A stretch of 64,000 nucleotides of DNA, taken from the NCBI GenBank assembly GCA_002633005.1, contig NMRA01000723.1, positions 62,001-126,000 on the forward strand, read 5' to 3'. The notes beneath the pieces were generated by a model. It saw only the letters and a program-made list of their open reading frames with translations. It was not told where the DNA came from and ran no database searches. The position numbers and the translations under genes were made by a program. Positions 48,701 through 61,650 of this stretch are shown here, one piece after another; within the stretch, counting starts at the first letter, position 1, and every line of letters begins with the position of its first letter. The stretch comes from Phoronis australis. Its lineage: Eukaryota > Animalia > Phoronida.

Positions 48701-51700
48701 ATCAGAGCTTGATCTGAAGGTCTGTAATCAACCAATCAGCTGACATTGTGAAGTCACAATAACTAAAGAGGGGAGTTTCAAGGACGATGAGGACATTGTC
48801 ATACTTTGTAATCTGTCAAGAAGTAATGACAATCAATTTAAACGAATTACAATATGGTCAGTTGGCGTTCTTCATTTTACACACTTATACAGTCAGACAT
48901 AGTCGAGTTTAGATATCTGGTTTTGTGACCAGACTCATTGCCACGAAGTTGACTTAGTCTGGTTTAAAGTTGGTGGCTGCTTTTCCTTAACCATAACATC
49001 AATGTGGCTTCAAAGATACATGCAGTACTCATTAGGTCAAGATGAAATCGAAAACTTCAAGTTAAATTTGTAATTAGAAAATATGCCAATTGTGCAAGAG
49101 TTCTAAACAACAACACTTAACGCTGCCATTAATTGATAGCATTACTTTCAACAATCACTTAGATGACCAGTGCGTGAATTGAAGCAGTCAAATTTTGAAA
49201 AGGCGGGTCAGCCTTACAATTTTCTGAAGCATTTTTTCTCCTTAGTGACCTAGATGCCAATCACATTAGTTAAGCATATCACCAACTTTCTCAAAGTTTT
49301 TAAGACAATGTCCCCTAACTTTGCCAGTACGTTCCCATAAGTACATCAGCAGCTTCCCCTAAGTATGTCGGCAGCTTCCCCTAAGTATGTCAGTAAGTTT
49401 GTCTGAGTATGTCAGTAGCTTCCCCAAAGTATGTCAATATCTTCCCCTAAGTATGTCAGTAGCTTCCCCAAAGTATGTCAATATCTTCCCCTAAGTATGT
49501 CAGTAGCTTCCCCCGAGTATTTCAATAACATGACACCTACTTCTGTTTGACCACTTGATTGTACAACTTCAAAGCCTGTTCAGTCTTTCCAAGCATTTGA
49601 AGAGTATATGCCAGTTGTACCCTGTAAAAAACAAGAATTGTCATGCAGTCTGTGTTTTAAAGATATCCTTTCCACTTCATTTCAGTTAATAACTTCACCA
49701 AAGGCATTTGGCTGCAAACCAGATGTATGCACCTTTAGGTCAAACACAGTCAATTTATAAATAAATTATGTGAATGAAACTTGGATTATTTGTTACATAA
49801 TGGTAGACGTTAATATGTACTCAACTTAACTTTAACTACCAAATGAAAAGGAAAAACAACAAAAGCACCCACTTGATGACACGGACATACCACGGACATA
49901 CAACAGAAATCCACCTGTGTCTTTAAGTGAAGCTTAGGTGTATGCACTTGTTTGTGAAACATGTGTTCAAAAAATTCGTTGAAGTGCATGGCCCACAAAA
50001 CACATATAAATTGTATAAATTTCAAACCAGGAGCAGAACTCTTACTATAAAGCAGTGTCCTTGCCACTCTCAACAAAACACAACGCACTGCAAACACTCT
50101 TTTGCTATGCACAATTGTGTTACAACTATTAGTCACAATTGTGTTGCAAAAATCCCGTGATGAGTGATTAATGCACTAAATCTGTGCAATAGAAGTTCAG
50201 CTTTTATGATATATGGCTAGAGTTCTTGCAGGGCGTGGTGTTTTGTGGAGCATGGCAACAGCTTCAACTGATTGGCAAGGGTCTGTCTTCGTGGTGAAGT
50301 GTTCTATGTTAACAGAACGTTTACCACTCCTTTTTGATACACCCTGTACTTGAGTTGATAGAGACAGCTATCACACTACACCTGATCAATCCTAACTCTT
50401 CTTCTATGTCTTCTTCTGTGTTATCAGGATCATCTTCCAGTGTTTTTCGACACAATTCTAATAAAACAAGATATCTTTACATGTCCTTATAACAGTACCT
50501 TCTATGACTGATAAACTTTTCTCAAGTATTCTTAACCTTAGAATGTTAAAATTTATGGAACAGAATTGTTTATTATTACTGTATTCTCATAATCATCCAC
50601 CCCACTTATTGCAGTTGTCTGTCATTCCTTGTTGTTTTAAATAGATCAACAGTGCTAGCACACTACAAGCACAGATAAAAACAACAAATCCCATGATTTT
50701 TACCTGCCAATGCTATGAATGAGCTGAAAATCATTTTCCATCATTGTAAAGAAATATTGTTACATGTTTTGTGTGACTGCGTAACCTTGTTCATAGTTTA
50801 CATTTAGGGCTGTTCCAGNCATATCACCAACTTTCTCAAAGTTTTTAAGACAATGTCCCCTAACTTTGCCAGTACGTTCCCATAAGTACGTCAGTAGCTT
50901 CCCCTAAGTATGTCAGCAGCTTCCCCTAAGTATGTCGGCAGCTTCCCCTAAGTATGTCGGCAGCTTCCTTTGAATATGCCAACAGCTTCCCCTAAGTATG
51001 TCAGTAAGTTTGCTTGAGTATGTCAGTGGCTTCCCCTAAGTATGTCGGCAGCTTCCTTTGAATATGCCAACAGCTTCCCCTAAGTATGTCGGCAGCTTCC
51101 CCTAAGTATGTCAGTAAGTTCGTCTGAGTATGTCAGTAGCTTTCCCAAAGTATGTCAATATCTTCCCTTAAGTATGTCAGTAGCTTCCCCCGAGTATTTC
51201 AATAACATGACACCTACTTCTGTTTGACCACTTGGTTGTACAACTTCAAAGCCTGTTCAGTCTTTCCAAGCATTTGCAGAGTATAAGCCAGTTGTACCCT
51301 GTAAAAAAACAAGAATTGTCATGCAGTCTGCGTTTTAAAGATACCCTTTCCACTTCATTTCAGTTGATAACTTCACCAAAGGCATTTGGCTGCAAACCAG
51401 ATGTATGCACCTTTAGGTCAAACAGTCAATTTATAAATACATTATGTGAATGAAACTTGGATTATTTGTTACATAATGGTAGATGTTAATATGTACTCAA
51501 CTTTAACTACCAAATGAAAAGGCGAAACAACAAAAGCACCCACTTGAAGACACGGACATACAACAGAAATCCACCTGTCTTTAAGTGAAGCTTAGGTGCA
51601 TGCACTTGTTTGTGAAACATGTGTTCAAAAAATTCTTTGAGGTGCATGGCCCACAAAACACATATAAATTGTATAAATTTCAAACCAGGAGCTGAACTCT

Positions 51701-54700
51701 TACTATAAAGCAGTGTCCTTGCCACTCTCAACAAAACACAACGCACTGCAAACACTCTTTTGCTATGCACAATTGTGTTACAACGATTAGTCACAATTGT
51801 GTTGCAAAAATCCCGTGACGAGTGATTAATGCACTAAATCTGTGCAATAGAAGTTCAGCTTTTATGATATATGGCTAGAGTTCTTGCAGGGCGTGGTGTT
51901 TTGTGGAGCATGGCAACAGCTTCAACTGATTGGCAAGGGTCTGTCTTCGTGGTGAAGTGTTCTATGTTAACAGAACGTTTACCACTCCTTTTTGATACAC
52001 CCTGTACTTGAGTTGATAGAGACAGCTATCACACTACACCTGATCAATCCTAACTCTTCTTCTATGTCTTCTTCTGTGTTATCAGGATCATCTTCCAGTG
52101 TTTTTCGACACAATTCTAATAAAACAAGATATCTTTACATGTCCTTATAACAGTACCTTCTATGACTGATAAACTTTTCTCAAGTATTCTTAACCTTAGA
52201 ATGTTAAAATTTATGGAACAGAATTGTTTATTATTACTGTATTCTCATAATCATCCACCCCACTTATTGCAGTTGTCTGTCATTCCTTGTTGTTTTAAAT
52301 AGATCAACAGTGCTAGCACACTACAAGCATAGATAAAAACAACAAATCCCATGATTTTTACCTGCCAATGCTATGAATGAGCTGAAAATCATTTTCCATC
52401 ATTGTAAAGAAATATTGTTACATGTTTTGTGTGACTGCGTAACCTTGTTCATAGTTTACATTTAGGGCTGTTCCAGCAAAATCTGTGTGGGAGGGGGGGA
52501 AGGCAACTGAAATAAAAATTTATGGGTGGTTGCGTTTGACTTAAATTCAAAATGGCTGGTGGTCGTACTTCAAAAAAATTAAAATTTACAGGTCATTGTT
52601 GTTTCATTGGGCCATAAATGTTTGATGATGGGTAATTTTAGTAAATTTTATAAACAATCTGCACAGAATCAAAAACTGAAACAAAAATGCAACTTGCAAA
52701 GAGCTCCGACTTTTTCACTCCCTCCGATCTCCCCATCGGCATGCCCATAACACCATTTAACCACAGGTGCTCGAATTTCTCAATGGCTAATAACCATATA
52801 TAAGAAACATATGTTTTCTTAGTAATGAATGACGTTAGTGGTGATGGAGGAACAGATAAACTCAAGCGCCTGTGCAGTCAACCACAAGAACAAAAAAAAA
52901 TTACGGTTGGTTGCATTTCAAACTTATAAAAAATTACGGGTGGTAGGCTGAAGAAATAAATGAAAAATATGGGTGGTGGGTGCGAAAAAAAGGTGCCTTC
53001 CCCCCCTCCCATACAGATTTTACTGGAACAGCCCTTAGGAAAACCTGAAATTTTTCTATTTTCTATTCAATATAGCAGGTTTTACAGAGGTAACAAGGAA
53101 ATGTCAGTACTAAATCTGCTTCTGTGCAAAACAAAGATTTGCAGAATTTTCAGTAAAAGTAGAGCCACATATTAGTGGTGGAATCGGAATTTTTTCAAAA
53201 TCATTTAATTGTAGATCTTTGATTCGAGGCTTGATTCTAAATCGCTTTTGAGTGATAATTTCACTAAGCAAATGCAAGGCTGTTTGCTACGACAGGCAAT
53301 CAGACCACGTCAAAATACAATGTTGTGTTTCTTTAGTGAACAACAGATGACGTTGGCTCTACACCACTAGATGAAGATTTGCCAGTGGCTGAGGTGACTT
53401 TACACCTCCAGTAAAGTTTTTTTAACGTTTTTAGCAATACCAGACAAACATCTGAGTGCGTCCCAGGAGACTTCACTGCATTTTTGTGAATTTTTTACCG
53501 AGATCAAAGAATTGATTTTCTTGGAAATGATTTGAATTCGGTGTTTGCCTTTAGTAACGATGTTGGCGATAAGTAATCGAATTGTTGCATCACCAATGTA
53601 CGCAACTGCTTTCCATAAAACCATAACTCTCAGAAATGAAGAAACTCAAGCAGTCAACAAAAACTAATGACTAAAATGTAATTAACTTACAATAGAAGCA
53701 ACGAGATGAATTATCCATAGCTGTCAAAATCCTTACCTTCAGACTGCCTCAACATCTCCTCAGCCTGTTTGTATTGCCGTTTACCAATCAAGAAGCAGGC
53801 CTTATTGTAACACATCTCGTATGTCTCTTCTCTCAGGCCTAAGTCTTCCTGCAGGGACAGTACACAAGACTAACATATAAGGCAGTTGAATCTATGGTAA
53901 TGGCAACTGAATCCACTTTTGGTCTATGTTTAAACGAGTAGATTAAAACCCCTAGACACAACTAGTAACCCCATCTTGTGTTTGAACATGGAACCAGTCT
54001 ACTCCTCATTCAGCTGACAACCATATTCCTGAAGGTGCGAATCTTCGAATTTCATCTTATGTAATACAGATAATTGCGTGATGCTTCAACTAGGTACTGA
54101 CTATCACTCAGTGATCATACAGGGTCTGTTGTGCATGTGATCCTAAGTTTGACTGCTGATACACTGAAAGCAGCTTTGTTCAACACTCTTGTTAAGACAA
54201 AAACTTTCATGAAAGAAGTTTATGATATTCATTTCACAAATTCGACAACAATAATATCCAGAGTGATGGCAAAAATACTGTCAAACATAGTTTGGTGATT
54301 TGGTGTCTATAGCTCATCCAAAGTATGTAATATTTGGTATCCTATAGATGTTTGCGTGCTTTGATAGCAAATTTACTTTACATCATACTGGCCTCTGTGG
54401 ATTCTACCTTCCTCAAAGTGTGTTGTATATAATGCAACAGCTACCCAATAGTAATTGTAAAAACGAAGAGAACATAAATATATGAATACATAATTTACAT
54501 ATTCCTGAATTTTCAACTGGATACATCTGTAAGAGGAGAGAAATCTAATTCAACTGGCATCAAAATGCACAAAAAGGAAACTTAAGAAAAACTACAAACT
54601 TACAGAGACCCCAATCAGATATTACAAAGTACAAAAACAAGAAACAAAGCATAAAATTTGTAAAACAGATGCCAGACTTTCCCAATGTGGCGTATATACA

Positions 54701-57700
54701 TCACTCAAATTATGCAATATTTGCTATCCTACATATAAAACCAGGAACAGTTTCTTACCAAGTCACTAGATGGCGATGACAGCTGCAGAGCAGCCATGAC
54801 TGCAGACAGGTTGGTCTCTCGCTCATCATCATACTCATCCTACAAACATGGCAAACTTAAAATAAGATAGAATGCACGGTGCACGATTCTAGACTCAATC
54901 AAGCAATAAGTTAACGTGAATATGTAGTTTGCAACTTTCCTTCAATTTTCAACAGGGACATCACATTTAATCTTCAGTCTAGCAACATGTAACTTTCATT
55001 TTTGATACAGCAATTCGATATTTTCCTCACCACAGTTAAGCCTGTATTAACTATACAGTTAAAGCAATTGTAAATCCCTAAACCTTAAATTGTTTACAAC
55101 CAACAACCTTGTGCTGCATTAAACTGGCATTAACTTTAAAGGAATGCTAGTCTTTTTGTTAAATTATTTCACAAAAATTTTATAGGAATGTCTAACTTTC
55201 TATAAAATCAATGCAGGTCTTTTGACAACTTACTGCAAAAGCATTTTTTTCATATGATACGATTTACTGCCAACTTTACAATACAATAACTTATAGGTAC
55301 AACTACTGCTTAAAGTGTCAGTCCCATTAGTATTCAAAATTTAAGGGCATTAGCACAGGTTTCTGAATACATCTGACGGCTTCATGTTCAAAGGACGTCA
55401 ACGCGCAAAGATGACTCAACTCTGCTACTAATTTCAAACTTGAACAGTAAACATATATTAAGTTTATACAGGGAATAAACACAAACCCAACACAGACGTA
55501 ATTATTTAGCTTGACTTTGGTCTAAATTCAGACCACGAAAAATTTAACTATTAATTTTTTCATTTCTGATGGGTTTGTAACATGCTTGCATGAAAATTAT
55601 TTGATAAGTCATGGTGTCAAGAAACAGAACTTAAGCCTAAACTTGGAAGACTTCATCTGCGGTACTGGTGTCATTTTTCAAATGCACTGTGGGAGAGTTG
55701 TTGGCTAATAAACATCCAGTGATATCAACGATTTCACGACATGTAACAATACGATGAAAGACAAAACTTGTCACTTGAGCACACCAGAATTGAAAGCACG
55801 CATCTTCAAGCTATTAAGTATGAGTACGAATAAGCAGCCAATACATAAAGAGTGAAAGCGAGCCTCAACACGCATGAAATTGATACATAAATTACTTAAT
55901 CTTTTGTGCAAAACATTCTTAAGACAAGTACCATCAGATCACGCCGAAGTTAATTCTCACTATCTAAAACGCAAATTTTCAATCTGCTCAGACATCTCCA
56001 AAGATATCTACGATGTCAGCGGATGTTTACGAGGTAACAACCATTCTTTGCAGACCTTCCACGCAGGCCTTTTATCTTAGACTAGACTGTGTCCAAGGTG
56101 GCCAAATGGACACCCTCATTCAAATTTAGACACAATAGTACAGACACCCTGCTCTACATCTGGACGCCCAACTAAAGTAAGCAAGAAAGTATGGTTGTCT
56201 CATTTCAGTTGCTAGCAGCAGCTCTGGGATCTCATTGGTCTGTCCAGAATAAAAAAGCCAATTTAGAAATGACATAAAATAAGAAAAACCGTGTTGCAAG
56301 CATGTCACCATCGTAACATACCACACTATTACAGCAATTTGACTCAAGTTCATCAAAACGTATCATGCGTCATTGGTCATGGACGCCCTGATAAATTGGG
56401 AAACACATTTTGGATATCCTATTTTTGAAATCCCGCATCAACCCAAAATGACAGCAGCACCACAGACAAAATCCAACTCGTGTCAAGATAATGTCTTACC
56501 TGGGTGTTCTTCATCAGGTTCTTGTACAGTGCGAAGCACTCTTCGAACCTCTCTAATCGGTACAAAACCTGCGCATGCAACTCCTCGAGCCTGAGGTCAG
56601 GATCAGGCACAGTCTCTATAGTGACCAGGGCATCACTGGTACGATTCAGTCGGTACTGGCAGTATGCTTTCTCGAATGACAGACCCCTACATCAACAATG
56701 GTAAAAAAGGTACAGTACACTGCACAACAAATTGCTAAATTTTCAAGCGGCTATAAACCCACGTTTCCTCCAAGACGGATTTTTTTATTTATACCACTTA
56801 TTGAGCAGTTTCAGCTTGTTCCGTGCTCACATGAGAAATGATTCCTGGTCTTGCAAAGAACTGATAATTTGTTATTCAACGAGATCATGCTCGGCACATG
56901 AAATGACATGTTGTAGAGCCTGATCTCAAACAACAATGAATTGTCTGTTCTTGCGAAGCCCTGAAATCACCTCTAACCTGACTAATGAACATATTGAAAC
57001 AAGTTTCAAAGCAGTAAGTAGTCTAAATCAAAAGTTGTTTCTTGCAATGAAAGGTGGTTTATGGATGTCTCAAGTTTCTTGAGTTCAAGAACTGAGCAAG
57101 AACGTACATTCCTCGATTGTTTTTGACTTTATCAATCATTGAGATTTGGGATTAAGAATTACAAATGAAAGGAATAAATGATCCAGGTTTCTTACCGAGA
57201 CAACTGTGTATTGCGAAAGATTGCAGTGAGTGCATCCTCAAATTTGTCCAGGTGCAGCAAACACACGATTTTACAATGGAAAGCAGTGACATCTTCTGGG
57301 GCTTCCTTGAGAACTAGACAAGTACAGAAGAAAAAATGTTAGACTGTAACACAACACAAGTGGTGGAAGCACGTTAAGGGCAATTCCATTTGTAACGGAC
57401 GTACAATCAGAGCACATTTTGATCAGTTGTGAAAAAATATTCATCCTAGGAAAATAATTAATCCATCAATTCATAGGTCTCATTGATAGCTTTCAAAGTC
57501 AGTGTGTATCAACTTTTCCCCTATCTTTTAATCTGACTGAGAAAATTGCCTCTAAAGGGGTTTGACGGACTCAGAGAATTTGATTTTTTAAAAAAATTTT
57601 AATGTTAATTTTCTGTGAGTTGCATTAAATTACAATATTTTGTTTATATGATGTTTTAGTGGAATGTTTGCAAAGTACAACACACTAATTTTTTTGATGA

Positions 57701-60700
57701 TATCTTCTAAGAAATTTTTGTCAAACAGCTCGATATAAGTTGAGTTATTGTGACGGACGTACATGACGGACGTACACTCTGAATTTCTAGTATTAAATTG
57801 TTCGTTGTGACTAAAATATCAATTCAATGTAATAAATCAAACTTTTGCGCTCTTTTGCTACTAATTTTGCTTTTAATTAAAATGTACTGATTGACCTTTT
57901 GCACGAAATCATCACAGGTAGGTCTATGCTAGGAATATACGCTAGGATTTTTACATTTCAATAATAAAGATATAAACCAAGACCCTAAAATTTTGACTTT
58001 CCTTTGCAGATACCAAGTAATATAGATGGGAATGAGAGTGATAATCATTTTGTATTTGACAGCTGTTAGTTATCAGGAAGACCTGTTTTTATGCGTTAAA
58101 TAGAGCACTAATTCAAAACTAACAAGTAAATGTGACTGTCAAATATATAATGTAAAATAAAGTTTAAAACATAACTAATCACTGTCATAGAACTCGCCCT
58201 AAGCCGGTACAAAATTATTCTCTGGACCATGCCGATGATGGTTCTGATGCATGCCCATGTAAGTAATAATGGTGATGTTTTAAAAGTATTAGTAACAGGG
58301 CTTCACCATCTTCTTAAAACAAAGCGTGAAGCATGGTTTAGTAGATAGCATCGACTTTTGACATTCATGTTTTGATTCAAATCACCCGTAATGTCTTCCA
58401 GTGTGAAAACAAGATATTTTAATTTAATTGATATAGGATTATTACTTACATGGTGTAGAATATGTCAAACGTGCCCGAAAATGGGAAGATGTTGTCAACT
58501 ACCAAATAGAAAGCTATTAGCTAAATTTCACAATAATCAAACATGGAATTCCAAAGATAACAGAGAACTTGAAAAAAACAAATCATTGTTCTCCAGAATA
58601 CCAATTCCAAACTCGACGCAAATTTCTAGAGTTCAATATCAGTAGTCAACACTGTCTTTTCTCTAGTCTAAAGCCTTAACATCTCCACTGGAAGTATTTA
58701 TATGTTTCAAAAACGTACACTGAAGGTCAGGTGTAGCCTACTTTTTGACACTTCGTAGGGCCTTACACGTGAAAACCGCGAATCGTACTCGAAGTACCCA
58801 TTCAGCTGACGACTGTCTCACGTATAAAAAATTGTTGTTGCCAGGAAGCACGCGTTACATACCTGTCACTTGTCATCGCAAACATTAGTGTTCGGGAACT
58901 AACCATGAAACTACGGGTAGCATATCAGCAAGAAATAAACATTGGCACTAATTTCAGAAAGTTTCTAATGCTGTAAAAACTGTTGCGTTATTTTTAAGAG
59001 GGATTGCTTTATTTGTTTAATGTATTCACAATTGAAGTTTTTAAAGTGTAATACCTGATAAAATACCCCACTGATAGTGGACACCTCCGCCCCCCGGAAA
59101 ATAACTCAGACTGTCACACATACAGTCACCCGGCGACTCAATGTCATTCAGCCTTAGGCCCTACCAAGACAATTCTTGCACGTTTTAATAGTAGATGTGA
59201 TCAGCAAGTGCTCAATAAAATGCGTTCTCGTGATACTGCTTGTGTTATTTCTTTAGTTACAATGCACACCTAACTCGTTAGGCCTACATTGCATTTAATC
59301 CGGCAAATGAACGCTGATGACACACACACGCTCGCTCGCTCGTGTATTTTAAACGGGCAGTAGGGCCAAATCCGGTCACCGATTAAGAGTTTTCACCTCG
59401 TCAAAAATACACTCCACACTTGAAACTATCACTTTAAAAAGCGCTTATGCAGAAATTTTCAGTGTGTCCGGTAAGACTTGAACCCAGGTTGGACGAGCGA
59501 TGGTCAAGCATGTTAACCATTCGGCCAAGAGGCAATTGCCGCTTGACAAGAAACTTGGAGAGGCTTTATCTGACTGGGCATATCGTCACAACTGGAAGTC
59601 ACGTTCCACAACACTACTCCCCGTTCCGCGGAAAATGCGCGCTCCCTGGCTTTTAGATCTCAGCAACACCCTAGCATCCTGGAATTTGTCCTCAGCAATG
59701 CTTTTTGTATTCTGAATCCACCACTACCAGGTCGCACTCTCTCCATCTGCCGCTTTACATCTCAGGGTTAATCGTTGGGCAACAATGTAGAAAATTTCAG
59801 TGTCTCCGGTGAGACTTGAACCCAGATTGCACGAGCGACAGTCAAGCATTTAAACCAGGGGCGGATCCAGAATTTTGAGTTAGGGGGGCAACGGTAGAGT
59901 ATTAGCCAGGATTTTGCCCGTCAGACATTCGCACTTCCATCTGCCACATGGAATCTGGGAGAGTTTTAGGGGGGGGCCATGGCCCCATTGGCCCCCCTCA
60001 AAATCCACCACTGTAACCCATTCGACCAAGAGGCAATTGCCGCTTGGCAAGCGACTTACAGAGGCTTTATCTGACTGTACGTGTCGTCACAACCGGAAGT
60101 CACGCTTCACAATACTTACTTTCTTCAGTGGCTCTTTCTACTTCAACACACATCTTCGATGAAGCTTAGTTACGAGAATCAAGGTGACTTTAGCAAAGAA
60201 TTCCAAGTCCACTTCTTTGGACACTGTTAACTTTTTCACCACGCGCGATAACCACAAAGTATAACTCCATGTGCATATATGTATGTTTCGTAACTTTNTT
60301 TATCTGACTGTGCATATCGTCACAACTGGAAGTCACGTTCCACAACACTACTCCCCGTTCCGCGGAAAATGCGCGCTCCCTGGCTTTTAGATCCCAGCAA
60401 CACCCTAGCATCCTGGAATTTGACCTCAGCAATGCTTTTTGTATTCTGAATCCACCACTACCAGGTCGCACTCTCTCCATCTGCCGCTTTACATCTCAGG
60501 GTTAATCGTCGGGCAACAATGTAGAAAATTTCAGTGTCTCCGGTGAGACTTGAACCCAGATTGCACGAGCGACAGTCAAGCATTTAAACCAGGGGCGGAT
60601 CCAGAATTTTGAGTTAGGGTGGGGGGCAACGGTAGAGTATTAGCCAGGATTTTGCCCGTCAGACATTCGCACTTCCATCTGCCACATGGAATCTGGGAGA

Positions 60701-61573
60701 GTTTTAGGGGGGGCCATGGCCCCATTGGCCCCCCTCAAAATCCACCACTGTAACCCATTCGACCAAGAGGCAATTGCCGCTTGGCAAGCGACTTACAGAG
60801 GCTTTATCTGACAGTACGTGTCGTCACAACCGGAAGTCACGCTTCACGATACTTACTTTCTTCAGTGGCTCTTTCTACTTCAACACACATCTTCGATGAA
60901 GCTTAGTTACGAGAATCAAGGTGACTTTAGCAAAGAATTCCAAGTCCACTTCTTTGGACACTGTTAACTTTTTCACCACGCGCGATAACCACAAAGTACA
61001 ACTCCATGTGCATATATGTATGTTTCGTAACTTTTTGTGGGGATGTACTATCGCCCCTGTATGCCTGTGGCATCCACGGCAATGTAATTGCCTATACCAG
61101 GACCCACTACCTGAATATACACCAGTCCTTGCTGCGAAACTTTAAATCTACTCACTTCTTTTGTAGGTATGGGAATGGAAAACCAGTGACTTCTTCCCGT
61201 GTTGTTAATAAACAACGTATTTAACAAAACTTTGGACATGTTCATTTTGACAACCATATTGTTCCCAGCGATTACAATACATTTCATCTGAAACTGGAGT
61301 TTACCATTATCTAGGGAAGTTCGGAAGATAAGAAAATGAACATAACGAAATTATATTTTGCCAAAAATTTATGGCGAAACGCGTAAGTAACCGTAAGTTC
61401 AATATGCTTTAACATGGGGACTATTGCAACGAAACGACGAACTTTAAACTAACGCAAATGCACTTACTTTTATTGCTCGTGACCAACGCTTTTTCATAAT
61501 CTTGATTTTGACCAAATTTGTTCAATTCCGTAAAAAGTGTGGCCAAATTTAACTCCTCCCCGGCTTTCGCCAT
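39744..61573 (-). CDS. SRP72: Signal recognition particle subunit SRP72, 17 exons, ~663 aa
   Basis: Exons: 61573-61468, 57313-57196, 56686-56500, 54839-54759, 53848-53737, 52115-52040 (duplicate at 50457-50382), 51298-51218 (duplicate at 49621-49541), 48721-48532, 47887-47759, 46341-46204, 45902-45807, 45070-44889, 44483-44343, 43891-43836, 43651-43538, 41683-41644, 39888-39744. Motifs: FEKAYCQYRLN, AQVLYRLE, PDPERWLPRRERSYY, GKGTQG and the C-terminal KKKKKGKGGW. Confidence 0.95.
41779..41854. repeat. 24-bp tandem repeat, 3 copies
   Basis: Unit aatgcactttgacctccaaaatgt. Confidence 0.9.
42160..42480. repeat. Compound ~40-bp minisatellite with GA/CAGA tracts
   Basis: Unit approximately cctggctggctgactcatgcacaaagagagacagacaga, about 7 copies. 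Confidence 0.9.
42750..43450 (+). mobile_element. 3' part of an RNase H-bearing non-LTR retrotransposon (I/LOA/R1 group), decayed
   Basis: IHWVKAHVGIDGNENADGLTK (RNase H C-terminal motif) from 42778. Then QILTDHCNL..H..CPECG..H...CP (CCHC knuckle) at about 43060-43190, with stops and frameshifts. Confidence 0.75.
44484..44888 (-). other. U12-type (minor spliceosome) intron of SRP72, GT-AG subtype
   Basis: Perfect 5' splice site GTATCCTTT. Perfect branch point TCCTTAAC at 44504-44497, 11 nt upstream of the AG dinucleotide. Confidence 0.92.
46355..46490. repeat. ~60-bp tandem duplication, about 2.3 copies
   Basis: gtgagtgggc..ca..ctactct..atactcatgactatta..aggacattacaag repeated. Confidence 0.8.
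46584..47143. mobile_element. PIF/Harbinger (Tourist-like) MITE, 560 bp
   Basis: TIR G(A/G)GCTGTTCCAGTAAAATC, with 3-bp TSD TAA on both sides. Confidence 0.85.
47520..47745 (-). mobile_element. tRNA-derived SINE-like element
   Basis: A-box-like TGGCCTGGTTG and B-box GGTTCGATTCC (47692-47682) lie within a 14-bp stem (47667-47680 / 47727-47740). The 3' part is homologous to the LINE end at 43359-43430. Confidence 0.7.
49275..52477. repeat. Near-identical tandem duplication 49275..50818 / 50820..52477 around N50819; contains SRP72 exons 6-7 and a 22-bp VNTR
   Basis: The copies differ by SNPs and by 132 bp, equal to six 22-bp units of agcttcccctaagtatgtcrgy. Confidence 0.9.
52465..53034. mobile_element. 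PIF/Harbinger (Tourist-like) MITE, 570 bp, inverted relative to the copy at 46584
   Basis: TIR GGGCTGTTCCAGYAAAATCTGT, TSD TTA on both sides. The interior is the reverse complement of 46584-47143. Confidence 0.87.
59436..59545 (-). ncRNA. Pol III-type tRNA-like unit (SINE head or small ncRNA candidate)
   Basis: A-box TGGCCGAATGG, B-box GGTTCAAGTC and a TTTTT terminator (plus-strand AAAAA at 59436-59440). No clean cloverleaf. Confidence 0.35.
59565..61034. repeat. Near-identical tandem duplication 59565..60297 / 60299..61034 around N60298
   Basis: Direct comparison shows few SNPs, with the junction exactly at the N. Confidence 0.9.
59856..60013. mobile_element. 158-bp hAT-like MITE inserted in a second tRNA-like unit (repeated at 60590..60750)
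   Basis: Termini CAGGGGCGGAT / ATCCACCACTG. It interrupts sequence that is contiguous in the 59450-59540 paralog. Confidence 0.7.
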
Positions 61574-61650
61574 CGTGGAAAACGGAAGTTCAGTTAATGA
61601 ATCTCTGAAAGCAGAAGAGCGCTCAACGTGACCTTCGCCACCTATGTATC
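61574..61650. promoter_or_regulatory. Ultra-compact bidirectional promoter/5'UTR region for SRP72/PNPT1
   Basis: 77 bp between the divergent ATGs. ETS motif CGGAAGT at 61583-61589. YY1-like ATGGCG core on both start codons. Confidence 0.75.

Noticed and set aside
49330-51197. 22-bp repeat arrays as CRISPR or iteron-like elements
   Set aside because: Head-to-tail VNTR without spacers.
57375-58700. Possible DNA transposon with repeated ACGGACGTACA motifs
   Set aside because: No matching second TIR or coding remnant could be identified by eye.
59565-61034. ~735-bp tandem duplication as a biological event
   Set aside because: The junction is exactly at a single N with allele-level divergence, the same artefact pattern as the other gaps.
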